Of a stretch of DNA of 64,000 bases, positions 1 to 11,815 are shown in pieces. This DNA comes from Podarcis gaigeae. Lineage: Eukaryota. Position 1 is the first letter of the stretch. Each line of letters begins with the position of its first letter. The stretch lies in NCBI GenBank assembly GCA_964106915.2, contig OZ066919.1, one strand, 5' to 3'. The translations under genes were made by a program, and so were the position numbers. The notes under the pieces are model-generated. The model made no database searches, was not told the DNA's origin, and saw only the letters and a program-made list of their open reading frames with translations.

Positions 1-162
1 TCCGCTAACCCAGAAATAGTACCTTGGGTTAAGAACTTTGCTTCAGGATGAGAACAGAAATCATGCGGCGGCAGCAGTGGGAGGCCTCATTAGCTAAAGT
101 GGTGCTTCAGGTTAAGAACGGACCTCCGGAACGAATTCAGTACGTAACCAGAGGTACCATTG
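1..162. mobile_element. Tc1/mariner (Tigger/pogo-like) MITE, right part cut by window edge
   Basis: Same internal sequence as the copies at 37465, 42616 and 55660; ends gaggtaccattg followed by TA. Confidence 0.85.
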
Positions 163-1724
163 TATTTTGTTTACAACCAATATATGGTGAAAGCCTGCAC
201 TAGATTCTCCATTATTCAGAAAGCCTCCTTTCTCCTACCAATGTCTATGCAGAAGGCTAAATTTATGCTTCCCTATATTTAATGCTCAGAGAGTGCAGCT
301 ACACTTTTTAAAAGCTGTTATTTCTTTTTAATTTTGCATATTTGCAAAAGCATTTGGCATACTCCTCACAGCTAGCTTTCTAAATCCCCAGCCTATCTCT
401 GATCCATTTAGGGGAAACCGAAACTGTGCTTAAGGGTTTGTTTCAGAGCCTTTTGCCTCTCTTCCAACATGGCAGTTTCTCGTGTATCCATCTCACATGT
501 ATTATTTCTAAAAGCTGTTCTTATAAAGAGGTTTTACAAGCTTACTCTTGATTTGGTAAAATATCTGTTTATATAATTTTTCTTTTACAAATTGGTCCCC
601 TCAGGATCTCAGGAGGGGTGTTTATATTAAACAGCATTTATGTAAATCAGTATGATTATAGAACATGTTGGTTTGCTGATAATTTCAGAGTCAGAAAGCA
701 GTGGAACAGGCAGAAAAATACATGGGCAGCCCTGTGTCTCACAAGTCCTGTGCGTGGCGTAGGTTGAGAAGACTATTTAGAAAAGAGTAGTTATTTTTGG
801 CATTTTCTTCATGTTGTGGACAGAGTTGGGAACTGTTGTTTCTAGGAAATTCTGACATTAGGTTTAAAGATGGAAAGGCCTGTTGTGAAACAACACTGGA
901 CTTTGTTTAATGCATTGCAAGTGGAATTCCTGTTAAGTGTAATAGAAGAGTGCTATCTGGAATAGTTTCCTGCCTAGATTGCCATAGAAGTAATTAATAT
1001 AGGCTTTGCACTTCCCAAGTAATGGCTTTTTGGTGAGGAGCTCTAGTACATTGTGTACAAAATGCACTTAAAACGGGTGACAGGACTGCCTTTGAAGTAC
1101 TTGAACTGAGACACATGCTCCCCTTCCCCAGCGACATGAAATTGAGTTTACAGAGAAACAAACTGTGTCTCTTGAACCAAATGAATTATTCTGCTTTGAT
1201 TCCCAAAACAGTTTAGATGTGTATGGTTTGTGACAAGACTTGGTGGTGATAAGATGGCAGTACCATCTGAACAGAGGCAGGGCTAGTTTTTCAAGTGCTT
1301 GTCACTTAAAGGGTTAGATTAATAGTGCCTATGTCTTGGAGTGGTACAATGAATGGCTCAAGATATGGGGGTGCAGCAGGTATATTGTACCCCTGCCTGT
1401 GGTCAAAACGGGGCCTGGGACCTCAGAAAACATTTGCATATATTGTATGAAGACAACATTTACATTTTGTGTAAGCCTACATAAAACACCATAATATTTC
1501 TTCTCCCAGAGCATAGGTTAACTTCAGCTTTGCGTTTGGACTTAACTATTAACACCAGAGTAGGAGGGAACACATGACCCCTCAACTTGCATATGTCATT
1601 CTATGCAAGTCTAGTATTATATCTAAACCAAGGCCTTTGACTGCTTTCCAGTTCTCTGCTAGTGAGACTTAAGTTTGGCTTGTAATCTACAAATAAATTG
1701 TAATCTACAAACTCTAAAGTACCT

Positions 1725-1892
1725 TACCCAGTTTGGATGTAATGATGAAATCTGGTTAGTACTTTATTAACAAGCAGATTCTTCTGATCTCCTCCTTGCA
1801 GCTGTGCCAAAGAAAGATGTGGGAGCATGTAAACCTAGGTTTGCTTCTATTCACATGGCACTATGGTTTAACTACAATATGCAAAGTAGACC
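1725..1892. mobile_element. Degenerate squamate MITE-like repeat (aaaccatggttt-type family)
   Basis: Recalled family motifs gatgtaatg...tggttag, cttctgatctcctcc, ctatggttta. Family assignment from memory only. Confidence 0.35.
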
Positions 1893-4800
1893 TGGTATCA
1901 ACCTTATTAGATCCGCAAGCAATTTTTAGAGTTTTGTGGACCTGATAATACTCTTCTACAAAAATCAGAATTTATTTTAGCCTTAGTGGCAATGATTATA
2001 ACTTATTTTTAGAGCAGTTTTGAAAAACCGCACATGGTTACTGCAGCAGGGAGAGAACAGGAAAAGGTTTGCATAGTGAAGAATACAGCCACATGAAGTA
2101 GTGGTTTATTTTTATTTTCACAGTAAGAGCTAAACTAGGAAATTACTTAAATTTGATGGCCATCACCGATCCGTGTCTCTTTCCCTTGTCTCGTGGTGAC
2201 ATCTAGCTGAAGCAGATGTGTGATGTAATGCCATCGTGACCAGCATTTCTCAGTCCCTGTTCCATTTCATTTACCACTTCATTGACTGCTAAATGTAAGT
2301 GGTGAGTGAAATACTAAATGTGATGCCTCTTCAAGCATCTCCTTCAGCTAGAGGTTAACAAGAGACAAAGAATCATGGATTAGCATGGCCATGTGTTTCA
2401 GATAATGTCTACCTCTGGCCCTGAATAAAGCTAGTAATATATTGGCTCTGATTCAGGCTCTGTCAGCATTTAAGTTGCTAAGAATTATATCGCTGGCACT
2501 TACTTATTAGATTGCTGTTTATTTCTTGTATCTGTGGATAGTGATGCTGAAAACTGCATTCTTCTTTCTGTCGGACATAATTCCCCATCCAATATGCAAC
2601 CATCAGCCTTCTGTTTTCTTAGTATAATCACTGCAGTTAAGACTGCTACCTGCGGAACCTGTTTGATGCCAGCTAATATTGTAAACAGTGTCCAGCAATG
2701 GACTTTCCTCCCTCCTCTTCCTTTCATGCTTGCTTGTACTAAGGAAATTTGATCAACATGAAGCTTTGGCTGTCTGTCTGCTGTTACTATGTGTGAGACA
2801 GGGGTGGGAGAGAAAGGGAGACATACCAGCATACCTATGACAAAAGAGCATGTGCATAGATATGCAGACTGAGAATTCACTCACTACTTTATGCTTCCTT
2901 TTTGCAAATTGTAAGCAGTAAATTCCCTCAGATTTTGCTTACCTTCTTTGTGTTTCAGAATACCCCGAAACTGCATCCCCTTGGCTCACTCATACTAGAA
3001 GCCTTGAGTGCTCCAGTAGGTTTATGGATCAGCTCTACTACACTCCAAAAATAGTAATTCAGCCCAGCTGCTTTCAGAGTAATATGTTAAATACAAAAAA
3101 TGACACTAACGTAGTGGTAATGATTAGACTTTATACCAGTTTCTTTCAAACTGTTCCTAATATTCTGCTTCTCATTCGTAGGCAGACCTACGATAATGTG
3201 ATTGCATTGAAAATGTCATGTGAAAGGTGGTTTCTATCTAAATTAAGTTCCAAAATACATAATAAGTGTCTTAAAATGTGACTACTTGTCTGTATTCATT
3301 GTGAAAAATGGCAAAAGGACTTAATTTTGCAGCCAGCTGTGTCCTAGAAAGATTTCATTATATTATACTTGTATTGCATGGCAGCAACTTGTCATGCTCT
3401 CTTGTTTGTTACCAAGACATTCACAATACTTAGCCAGGCTGTAACGGCAAGCTAATGTGTGTCTGTGTCCAATACTCTGAATGGTCAAGAGCTGTTCTTG
3501 TCCCTGGTCCTGGGTGCTGTACTTGGCAGAGAGAAGTGACTCTCACATGAAAGTCAAAATAGAAATATATTTTGGGTCAAACTGGGCTCTGAAAGACATT
3601 TCTCTCTAGTAGTCATTAATCTCCAAAAAAACAAGCTTTGGAACTAAGCCAGCTCATATTATCCAAAGCTCATATTATCCCTCATATGGCAAAATGCACA
3701 ATACATTACTTGGACTTGATCAGACCAATTCCCTGTTCCCCATTTTTCTCCACTACTGGTTTAAAAACATGTGAGCAATATAGATTTAAATTCAGTCAGA
3801 GTTGTTGTTTCTCTTTATAAATATCCTAAAATTGTCACTTCCAACAGCTTTCTAGAGCATCCATAAATGAAGACCTTTGTAAACAGAGACATGTTTCCAT
3901 AGCAAAAAAAAAACCAAGTGCTGCTCTGGTTTTGTTTTCAGTTTAAAACTTCAGTGTGTTTTTTTGGCCCTTGAATCCAGGCATCTGTGTGACAGCTGGC
4001 TTTCATGGGCGTCTTCTTCCCTTTAATATTCAGAAGACTAAAAAGGATGAAGGGTGAGCAGATAACAAGATCTAGTTCTTACGATGGTGTGAACAGCCTG
4101 TTGATGGTATGACTACAGTTTTGATAATGGTGAAGGTCTGATGTGGTACCCTCCAGGATTAGGGCAAGCTACCCAAATATACTTGGAGAAACAGGCAGTG
4201 TAAGATGACAAATGAAGCCTAGAAAAGGATGACTAAAGTGACTATCTGGCTCTCAAACAAACAAACAAACAATTCATCACTAACAACCACGAGAGTGTAT
4301 CTGAAAGGATTTTTTATGATGAGGGATATGAATTATTAATTAAACAAATAAATGTCACAAAAATTTAAGTACTCTTTTATACCGTATACCAGCTCTTCTT
4401 AAAATTAGCACTTCATATAAGTAACATCTGTTTAAGAGAAAGTGAGTGTGCTCTTGATTATTCTTGTTATGTTTTGTCAAATTCTTACTGCCCATTTTAT
4501 TTCTAAGTCTTGTCCTCTTGTGCCGGATTTAGTAGATGTGGTTGAGCCTGAACTAGGTGGAGCTCATTGTGTTGCCAAAGAAAATAAGTTGTCTCTCTGC
4601 ATGTTTTAGAAAACTGATTTTGGAGATTATACACATTGTTTGTAAGCTTTATAGGCCTGTCTGCACATATTTTGCTTCTATTAGTCTGGTATGCTACATT
4701 TTTATACAGTATTATGAATTTTGTGTCTGCTTTATTTGAATTAAACTGTGTATCTGAAACAATATATTGATTTTGAAAACTTAAATTAAATATACTAATT

Positions 4801-6103
4801 AATTTTCAGAAGAAAAATAAATCTCGTCAGTGGCATCTCTGGAGGCTTTTCCAGAGTCTAATAGTTTATTAGCTTGTACACAGATATTGAATTTGCTGCT
4901 GTTGTTTACTTTTGAAAGAGCACAAGAAGCAATTTCCCTCCCCTGCAGTTTTTCCATGACCTTCTAGACCAGTGGTTCCCAATCTTTACAAGTAAATGGA
5001 CTCCCTTTTAACCATGAAGATGTTGCAGATTTGCACATACTAATTGTTGCAATTTTAGGCTCCATAAATTAGGAAAATAAATAATGACAGCAAACTATTA
5101 TGAACTCAGTAACCTTAGATGAGGTAGAGATTTGATCTGATTCATCAGGGCGCTTCTTGTATTAACACAACTGTGCATAAGGAAAAATTAAAACAGGTGC
5201 ATATTTTATACCGCTGCAGCACTTAAGATGGAGAAACAGAAACACTTCTGAAATACTGTCTTCTGCACTATTTTCAAACCTGCGTGTCTTTTCATCATAG
5301 CATGGCCATCTCCTTGTCCTCTGACTGCACTCCTATGCACTTATTTTGAGGATCCCAAAACAAACGTTATGCAGGGGATTTGCTCAGAAATTGGAAAAGA
5401 TGAAAAAGATTTAAAAAGCTGGTGTTTCCGGGCTCTTCCTCTACCATGTTCTTGCCATTGCTTTGCTGGGGAAGCCATGTGTATTAAATACCCTTTAAAT
5501 ATATAGTGTAGCATTGGCCTGATACAATTAGAGACTGTGTAAGGAGAAGTTTAATTGTGCACAGATGACTGATTCCTGAAGGAAACACAGTATCTTGTTG
5601 AATAAAATGAACCCCAAAATATGAAAGGAAGTATTTATTCCATCTAAATTAGAGTAAATAGATTTTACACCCACCCAAAAGCCCCTCTGAATATTTTCTA
5701 CCTCCTGTTTGCTATACACATGCATTACTCAAACCAAACCATTTAGGGGTGGGGGTGGGGGACAGATTATGTGTCTGATTGTTCTCTCCATGCCTATAAA
5801 TGCATGAGAGGGAAGAGAATTGAGAGAAAGACCAAAATACATTGTGTATGTAAGTAAGTGTCACTTTGAGACAGAAATTTTAAATCCTGTGAATTGACAT
5901 GTTTATGAGATTGAGGGGAGGGGAGATTAAACACTTATATGGTATTGCTGCTTGGTGAAAATGAGAGTAAATGTAAGCATAGAGAAGAAAGAGAAAATGG
6001 CAGGAGGAATGGAAAGGTCAGGATTGAGTTCACTGTTTCTTTTTCTTTGCAAAAATTCACTGCTGCAGCATAACCCATTATCATTCTCCTCCCTCTGAGA
6101 CAG

Positions 6104-6105
6104 AC

Positions 6106-6142
<37 letters not shown>
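6104..6142 (+). repeat. (CA)n microsatellite
   Basis: Direct reading. Confidence 0.95.
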
Positions 6143-6144
<2 letters not shown>

Positions 6145-6180
6145 AGTTGCCACTTCTGGGGCAAAATAAGTTGGCCCCAG

Positions 6181-6580
6181 TGACCATGCGTTGGTAACCA
6201 CAAGCTTGGACTACTTTAATGTGCTTTATTTGGGGTTGCCTTTATGGGTGGAAGTGTGGCTAATTGTTAATTGAGACAGTTTACTATGAGCATGTAACAC
6301 TCCTTATAAAAGTATGCACCTGGGCCAGTTTTAAGGTTTTAGCTATAAAGCCCCAAACAGCATGGGGCAGGGTTATCTGAGGGAATGCCTTCTCTCATAT
6401 AATCCTGCCTGATCACTAAAATATTCCAACAATTGCCTCCTGGTGGTTCCTCAGCCTGCAGAGGTCCATCTCCTAAGAAATGGTGTTGTGGTGCTCAGTC
6501 TATAGAACAAGCCTTCCACTGAGATAAGCCAAGTGCCTACTGTTAATGGTTTTCAGGACTTGGTAATTCCCCCAGTCCTT
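6181..6580 (+). mobile_element. Degenerate L2 LINE fragment (RT C-terminal region)
   Basis: Translates HALVTTSLDYFNVLYLGLP, similar to L2 HALVTSRLDYCNALYxGLP; frameshifted downstream. Confidence 0.7.
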
Positions 6581-6659
6581 TTATTTTTCCAGCCACAACA
6601 GAAGAGGCTGGTAGGATGTCTCCTACCAGCCTCTTCTGTTTTAAATGAGATTAGTATAC

Positions 6660-6845
6660 TACTACTCATGCATTATCTTGTTGTAATCCTTACAACAACT
6701 CTGTAAAGTTTAACATTATCCACATGTTGCACTTAGGAGGCTGAGAAGGGTGACTTGCTGAAGACTACGTAGTGAGTTCATGACAGAAGTGACATTTGAA
6801 TGGAGGATTTGTGGCTCGACTGTTTTAGCCTCTGCACCACACCAG
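6660..6845 (-). mobile_element. Old MIR/CORE-type SINE fragment
   Basis: aatccttacaacaactctgtaa...aggctgaga...tgacttgc...atttgaa CORE-like pattern. Confidence 0.55.
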
Positions 6846-7026
6846 TTCTGAGTATTAGATTTAGAAGCAGTAATTTTCTTTTGATTTGGTTTTCAAGTCA
6901 ACTGAATGGCATGTTGTATATTCAGTTTTTGTATCCAAATTAGGCTTGAAGGATTGTTCTGCAGTGCTTTGCTAGAACTTGTGGTATAGTGTATAGGAAT
7001 ACGGTATGTTCTGAACTCTATGATTA

Positions 7027-7265
7027 CAGTCGTATCTTGGATCCCGAACGCCTTGCGAGTCAAATGTTTTGGCTCCCAAATGCCACAAACCCAGAAGTGA
7101 GTGTTCCAGTTTGCAAACTTTCTTTGGAACCTGAATGTTCAATGTGGCTTCTGCAGCTTCCAGTTGCGCCTGCAGCCAGTCAGAAGTTGTGCCTTGGTTT
7201 CCGAATGTTTTGGAAGTCGAACGGACTTCTGGAGTGGATTCCGTTCTACTTCTGAGGTATGACTG
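7027..7265. mobile_element. Tc1/mariner-type MITE (second family)
   Basis: TIRs cagtcgtatcttgg / ctgaggtatgactg, with TA on both sides (7025-26, 7266-67). Confidence 0.8.
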
Positions 7266-7565
7266 TATTGGTTTTCTTTGTGTAGCTTCTGGTTGGGTAT
7301 GTAGATGCTATCATCATGAACTCTGAATTGCATATTTGGAATAGCTTATACTGGAAAGCTTTTTGCATCCTTTGCAGGGGCATTCCTAAGATTAAAAAGA
7401 GCCACAGGTTCCCTGACTCCTTTTTCTCTGTTTGATTTGCCCCCTATCATTGCTGGCTGCTGAGCCACATAGTTTTACAATTTGAACTTAGGCAATAAAA
7501 CCCTTTCTCTTCATTGAGTTCCTCCCCACTTTTAAAAAAAGATTCTGCTTCATTATATTTTTCAG

Positions 7566-7660
7566 GTTCTCAAAGCCAGCACCAATGTTTTTGGATGATT
7601 CCTTCAGAAAGTGGGCACGAATCCGGGACTTTGTACCGCCTTTTGGAATTAAAGGGCAAG
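7566..7660 (+). CDS. ST3GAL3: ST3GAL3 internal coding exon A (95 nt, phase 2-1): (R)FSKPAPMFLDDSFRKWARIRDFVPPFGIKGQ(D)
   Basis: Polypyrimidine-ttcag acceptor and gtagga donor. Translation is near-identical to the vertebrate ST3GAL3 stem region FSKPAPMFLDDSFRKWARIREFVPPFGIKGQ. Missed by the ORF track. Confidence 0.96.
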
Positions 7661-10600
7661 GTAGGATAGCAGTAGTTCATTTTCCATAACTTGAATGCCC
7701 TGCTGAAGTACAAAAATAGAAGGTGCCTATAGTTAAACATACTCTGTGTGTCTATGGTATCTGCCGCTTGTGGACTTCAACTGCTAACGAGCCCCATCAG
7801 CAGTAATAGGGGGAGCCCTGTTGCTCCACTTGAGCAACAGGGCTCCCCCTATTTCCCTCCACATGACCCTGTGGCCCCTGAAATTGGCTCTGAAATATCA
7901 TGTGGCAAGTTGAAATGCTTGTGCAGACAAAACATTTGTAATTGTGTGATGTTGAAGTCTACATTCTTGAGTGGGGACTAGGACACCACCAGGTGGATAT
8001 TGTTACCCTCTACTCGATTGAGAGGCAGAGCTTTGACTAGATGTCTGGTCCTCCCCTTCCCTGAGGAACAGTTCGTTTTTCTGCCTCACTTGCGAGTTCA
8101 CTTATTTTCACTGTGCATTTCTGGCCTCATTTGAAATTCACTGTCTGATTAGAAGAACGTGTGGATGTTGTACTGTTATTCTGAGTTCCTATCAACACTA
8201 TTTTTAGTTCTGCCTGATTACCAGTTGGCTTGCTTCTTTGCAAACTGAGCTTTCCCACCTCAAAAATTCCTTCCTAGTTCCTCCTTCAAGCATATCAAGA
8301 CATTTAACAGCCCTCCACAAGCTCTGGTGCTATACTTTAAGAATTAATTGTACAGCTGATTACCCTAAGAATTAATTGGAAAATTAATTATCCTTTTAAA
8401 AATAGAACTGATTACCAGTTAAAGGAAGTTGATCCTGACTCTGTGATTACCCACACCTATTGACTCTGATCCTGTGAATTAATTACCTAAAGTGGCATAG
8501 TTTGTACTTTGATCCTTTTGTAGCCACTTTGGAAAGATCAATGAGTAGGGTGCAAATTAATTCTGCATCTCAGAAATTACATTACTTGCCTGCATTATTT
8601 GTGAATATTGGGATTACTTGGCCCATATTGTAAGACTTCAGTTCATGATACTGGGTATAACATAAAGTGATCCTAGAATTGGGCTCCATGAGGTCTTGTG
8701 TATTGTTAGATATGATTTAATTAACACTGTGCATGGGGAACTGGTAACAGTCTCACTGTAGCATCTGTTTTCACACTGCAGTAGGCGCGGGACTGAGTGT
8801 AAATAAATCTGCTCTATATGAGGCAATATATATTATTATTCATATAATGACATTAGTTTCCCTAATAAGGGGAGGGTCTTGGAAGCCTGAGCTTGCCAGT
8901 GTTATAGTCCTTGTACCTAGTATAAGGAGGAATTTGTTCACCCTTTCCCTATCATTGTACCAGACCCAGTCAGTGTAGATGTAATAAGCTGTATACATTG
9001 TTCTTCTCTTATGCTTCCCTCTTAGCAAAGCGGATATTAAATACAGCTGTGCAAATTGTCCAGAAATAGAAACTCTTCATTCACTGCAAGAGATTTGCAC
9101 CATTCTTTATCTGCTGGCTTTCAAGGTGTGCAGATACAGAGAGGAATACAGGTCTTTGTAGTAGGTGGTTTTAGGTCTCGGAAGCAGCTGATCAAGTCTT
9201 TTGCCAAGTAGAATAAAAATGGAGAACCTCGACACAGGATGACTGAATATATTTGGCAGTCTTTGCTTTGCATTTCCAGGTTGCTGCCAGCTTGTGTCAC
9301 CACTACAGTGTTATGTAAATCCAGGGTTTTATATTGGATTTTCTTCAGTTAAAAACAGAAACTGCCATTACTTAAATGGCTGGGAGCTGAAGCAATGGGA
9401 GCAAAACAACTGAATGGATTGTTTAATGCCCTCATGGGACAGAACTTTGTGCCAGGATTCAGTCCAAGGCAGTTTGTATATGTGGGAGGGAAGAATTATT
9501 ACTCTCTGAAAACTGGTGAGCCTAATGGCTGTGCTGACAGGCTAGGAGCGTGAGAGAGGCAAATGGCAACCTTCTCGCATCACACGTCACTGGGATTCTT
9601 ACATCAGCTTTTTCTGCTTATCCCAGGGGATGCATTGGGGATGAATAATAGTGACCTGATGATGGGATCAGCACCTCATTAAGGTCTTCAGTCAGGGCTA
9701 GTCTGGTGCCAGTTGAAAGGAGACTGCAAGAAGAAGTTTCTGGTGCTTGCCAGAACTACAGCAACTGGAGAAATTGGGCGATGCTTGAGAAGAGGATGTG
9801 CCAGTTTAGCATCAGAGGGCAGCTAATCCTTCATAAAGACCCTACCTTTGTCAAGGAAGTGTACCATGAAAAGTGCTTGGTGCAAATGTTCAGGAGCTTC
9901 AGTCTGCTTGTCAGCTGTTTGATTTGAAATGGCAAGGGGGATTAACTTGCTTTGTTCTGTGAACTTGGGATCACCCTGGCTGTGATGTACATAGTCTGCA
10001 CAGTAACATTTTAAAGTTTCAAGCTGTTGTACCAGACTGTTTTAGTCTGTGAGTTGTTTGTCAAACTGATTCCGAGAGTTCTTCTTCTATGCCTTTTCTG
10101 GGTTGGCTTCACCAAGAAGCAAGCTAACCCAAACGTTAGTGTTGAGATTGGACTAGGTTTCATACCAGTAGACTACTGTATATTTTATAATTATTAATAA
10201 GCATGGTTGGTTTCAACATAGCAATTTGTTACAAATGCCACACGTGCCATAACTTCTTAAGTTATTTACTCAAATGCAAAGGCAAATAATAGCAATAGAA
10301 AAAAACTTATTCATTTATTTATATAACAAAGTCAATATGCTGGTTAATCAACAAAAACTTCTATGCTATAAAACTATGTAGAATAATGTCTGAGAAGGCA
10401 CACATTAGGAAAATGTCATGTCAGAATTCTTCACCTGTGTGAATTTTCTGGAACAGCTCCTGCTGGCTCCTGATCATGGGATTGTCCTAGAAAAATCTGT
10501 GTGGATGACCAATTTTAACTTCACATTTTTCACATATATGCCTACATTCCTGTGGAGGCAAGTGTTACGTCAAAGTGTTTGCTTTTATGAGCTCTGCAGG

Positions 10601-11601
10601 GTAGAAAGCTATGCATGCACAGTTGGAAGTATTGACCTCCAGGGCATACTGGAACAAGCACATCTGAGCACTACCAAACACAATCTATGCCATTCCCTTC
10701 CCTAAACATTCTTTTAGCTGCATAGCAGTCTCTTTTCACATCTGGCATGCTGATATAAATAATACTTTATCTCTGTTGATAAAATACAGATGCATGCTGA
10801 CATCAAAATTCAAATTTGCACTGAACCAAACTATCTGTCTTTACACCTCCTTCTTGGCTTCTTGCCCAGATCTGTGTTTGGAGGAGCTGAAGTTCAGAGA
10901 GCAGGAGTTCTTTCCCATTTTCACTCCCTCATCAACCTCCTGTGTTCATTGAGAACCTTTTTTCAGTCTGCTGTGTTATGGTAACTATTCTACATTAACA
11001 CGATGAGGTTCAGCAGTCTGTTTCTTTCATGAATGGATCTCTTGCTATCTACAGAGGTTTTAGGGTGCAACTTCCTCCATCTTATAATGAAAACAATTGT
11101 CAAAGAGTATAAATAAAACACTACATCCTTTTCAGTTAACCTGCCCATGCATAAGATTTACATGAGAGACCCTTCTGTAGGTGCCTTCCGCCTTCAGAAA
11201 TTTAGGCAAGTGGCAAATAGGTAAAGAATAACAATTGGAGCACCAACACTGACAATCCCCTTCACCTGTTTCCCACTTGCCTAAATCTCTGCCGTGGGTG
11301 GGTGGGGGGCAAACAAACAGTTTAACCATATTGAATGGTTGGGGGCTAAGGAAGGGGTGAAGTTCTTTTTGTTTATCTGCTAATTAGTGGTTGTGAGTGT
11401 TGCTTTGTTTGTTGTTTGCTTATTGCTAATGTTGTTTATTACTGCTAAGGTGTGTTGATTTTGTTTTCCTAATACGTTTTATGGAATACTAACATATTCT
11501 ATGATTCCCCCCTCCTTTTTCTAAGGTATAATGTACTTGCATATATTTTTCTGTGACATAAGTCACTAGGAGGCTCTTGAGTAACAGGTGACTAATAAGT
11601 T

Positions 11602-11602
<1 letters not shown>

Positions 11603-11649
<47 letters not shown>
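11603..11649 (+). repeat. (TAA)n microsatellite at the tail end of the adjacent SINE
   Basis: Direct reading. Confidence 0.95.
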
Positions 11650-11650
<1 letters not shown>

Positions 11651-11815
11651 ACCTTTCCTCCAAGAAGCTGGTGGTTCATGTCCCCCACTTTATCCTCACA
11701 AGAACCCTATGAAGTAGATTTGATTAAGAAGGCTTGCCTTGCCTGTAGCCACCAACGAGCTTCATAGCCGAGTGAAGATTTGATCCTGGTTTTTTATGTC
11801 ATAGTATGATGTAGC
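11650..11815 (-). mobile_element. Squam3/MIR-like tRNA-CORE SINE
   Basis: Reverse complement resembles 21804-22011 (tttcctccaag, ttatcctcacaa, gagcttcatagccgagtgaagatttga). Confidence 0.6.
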
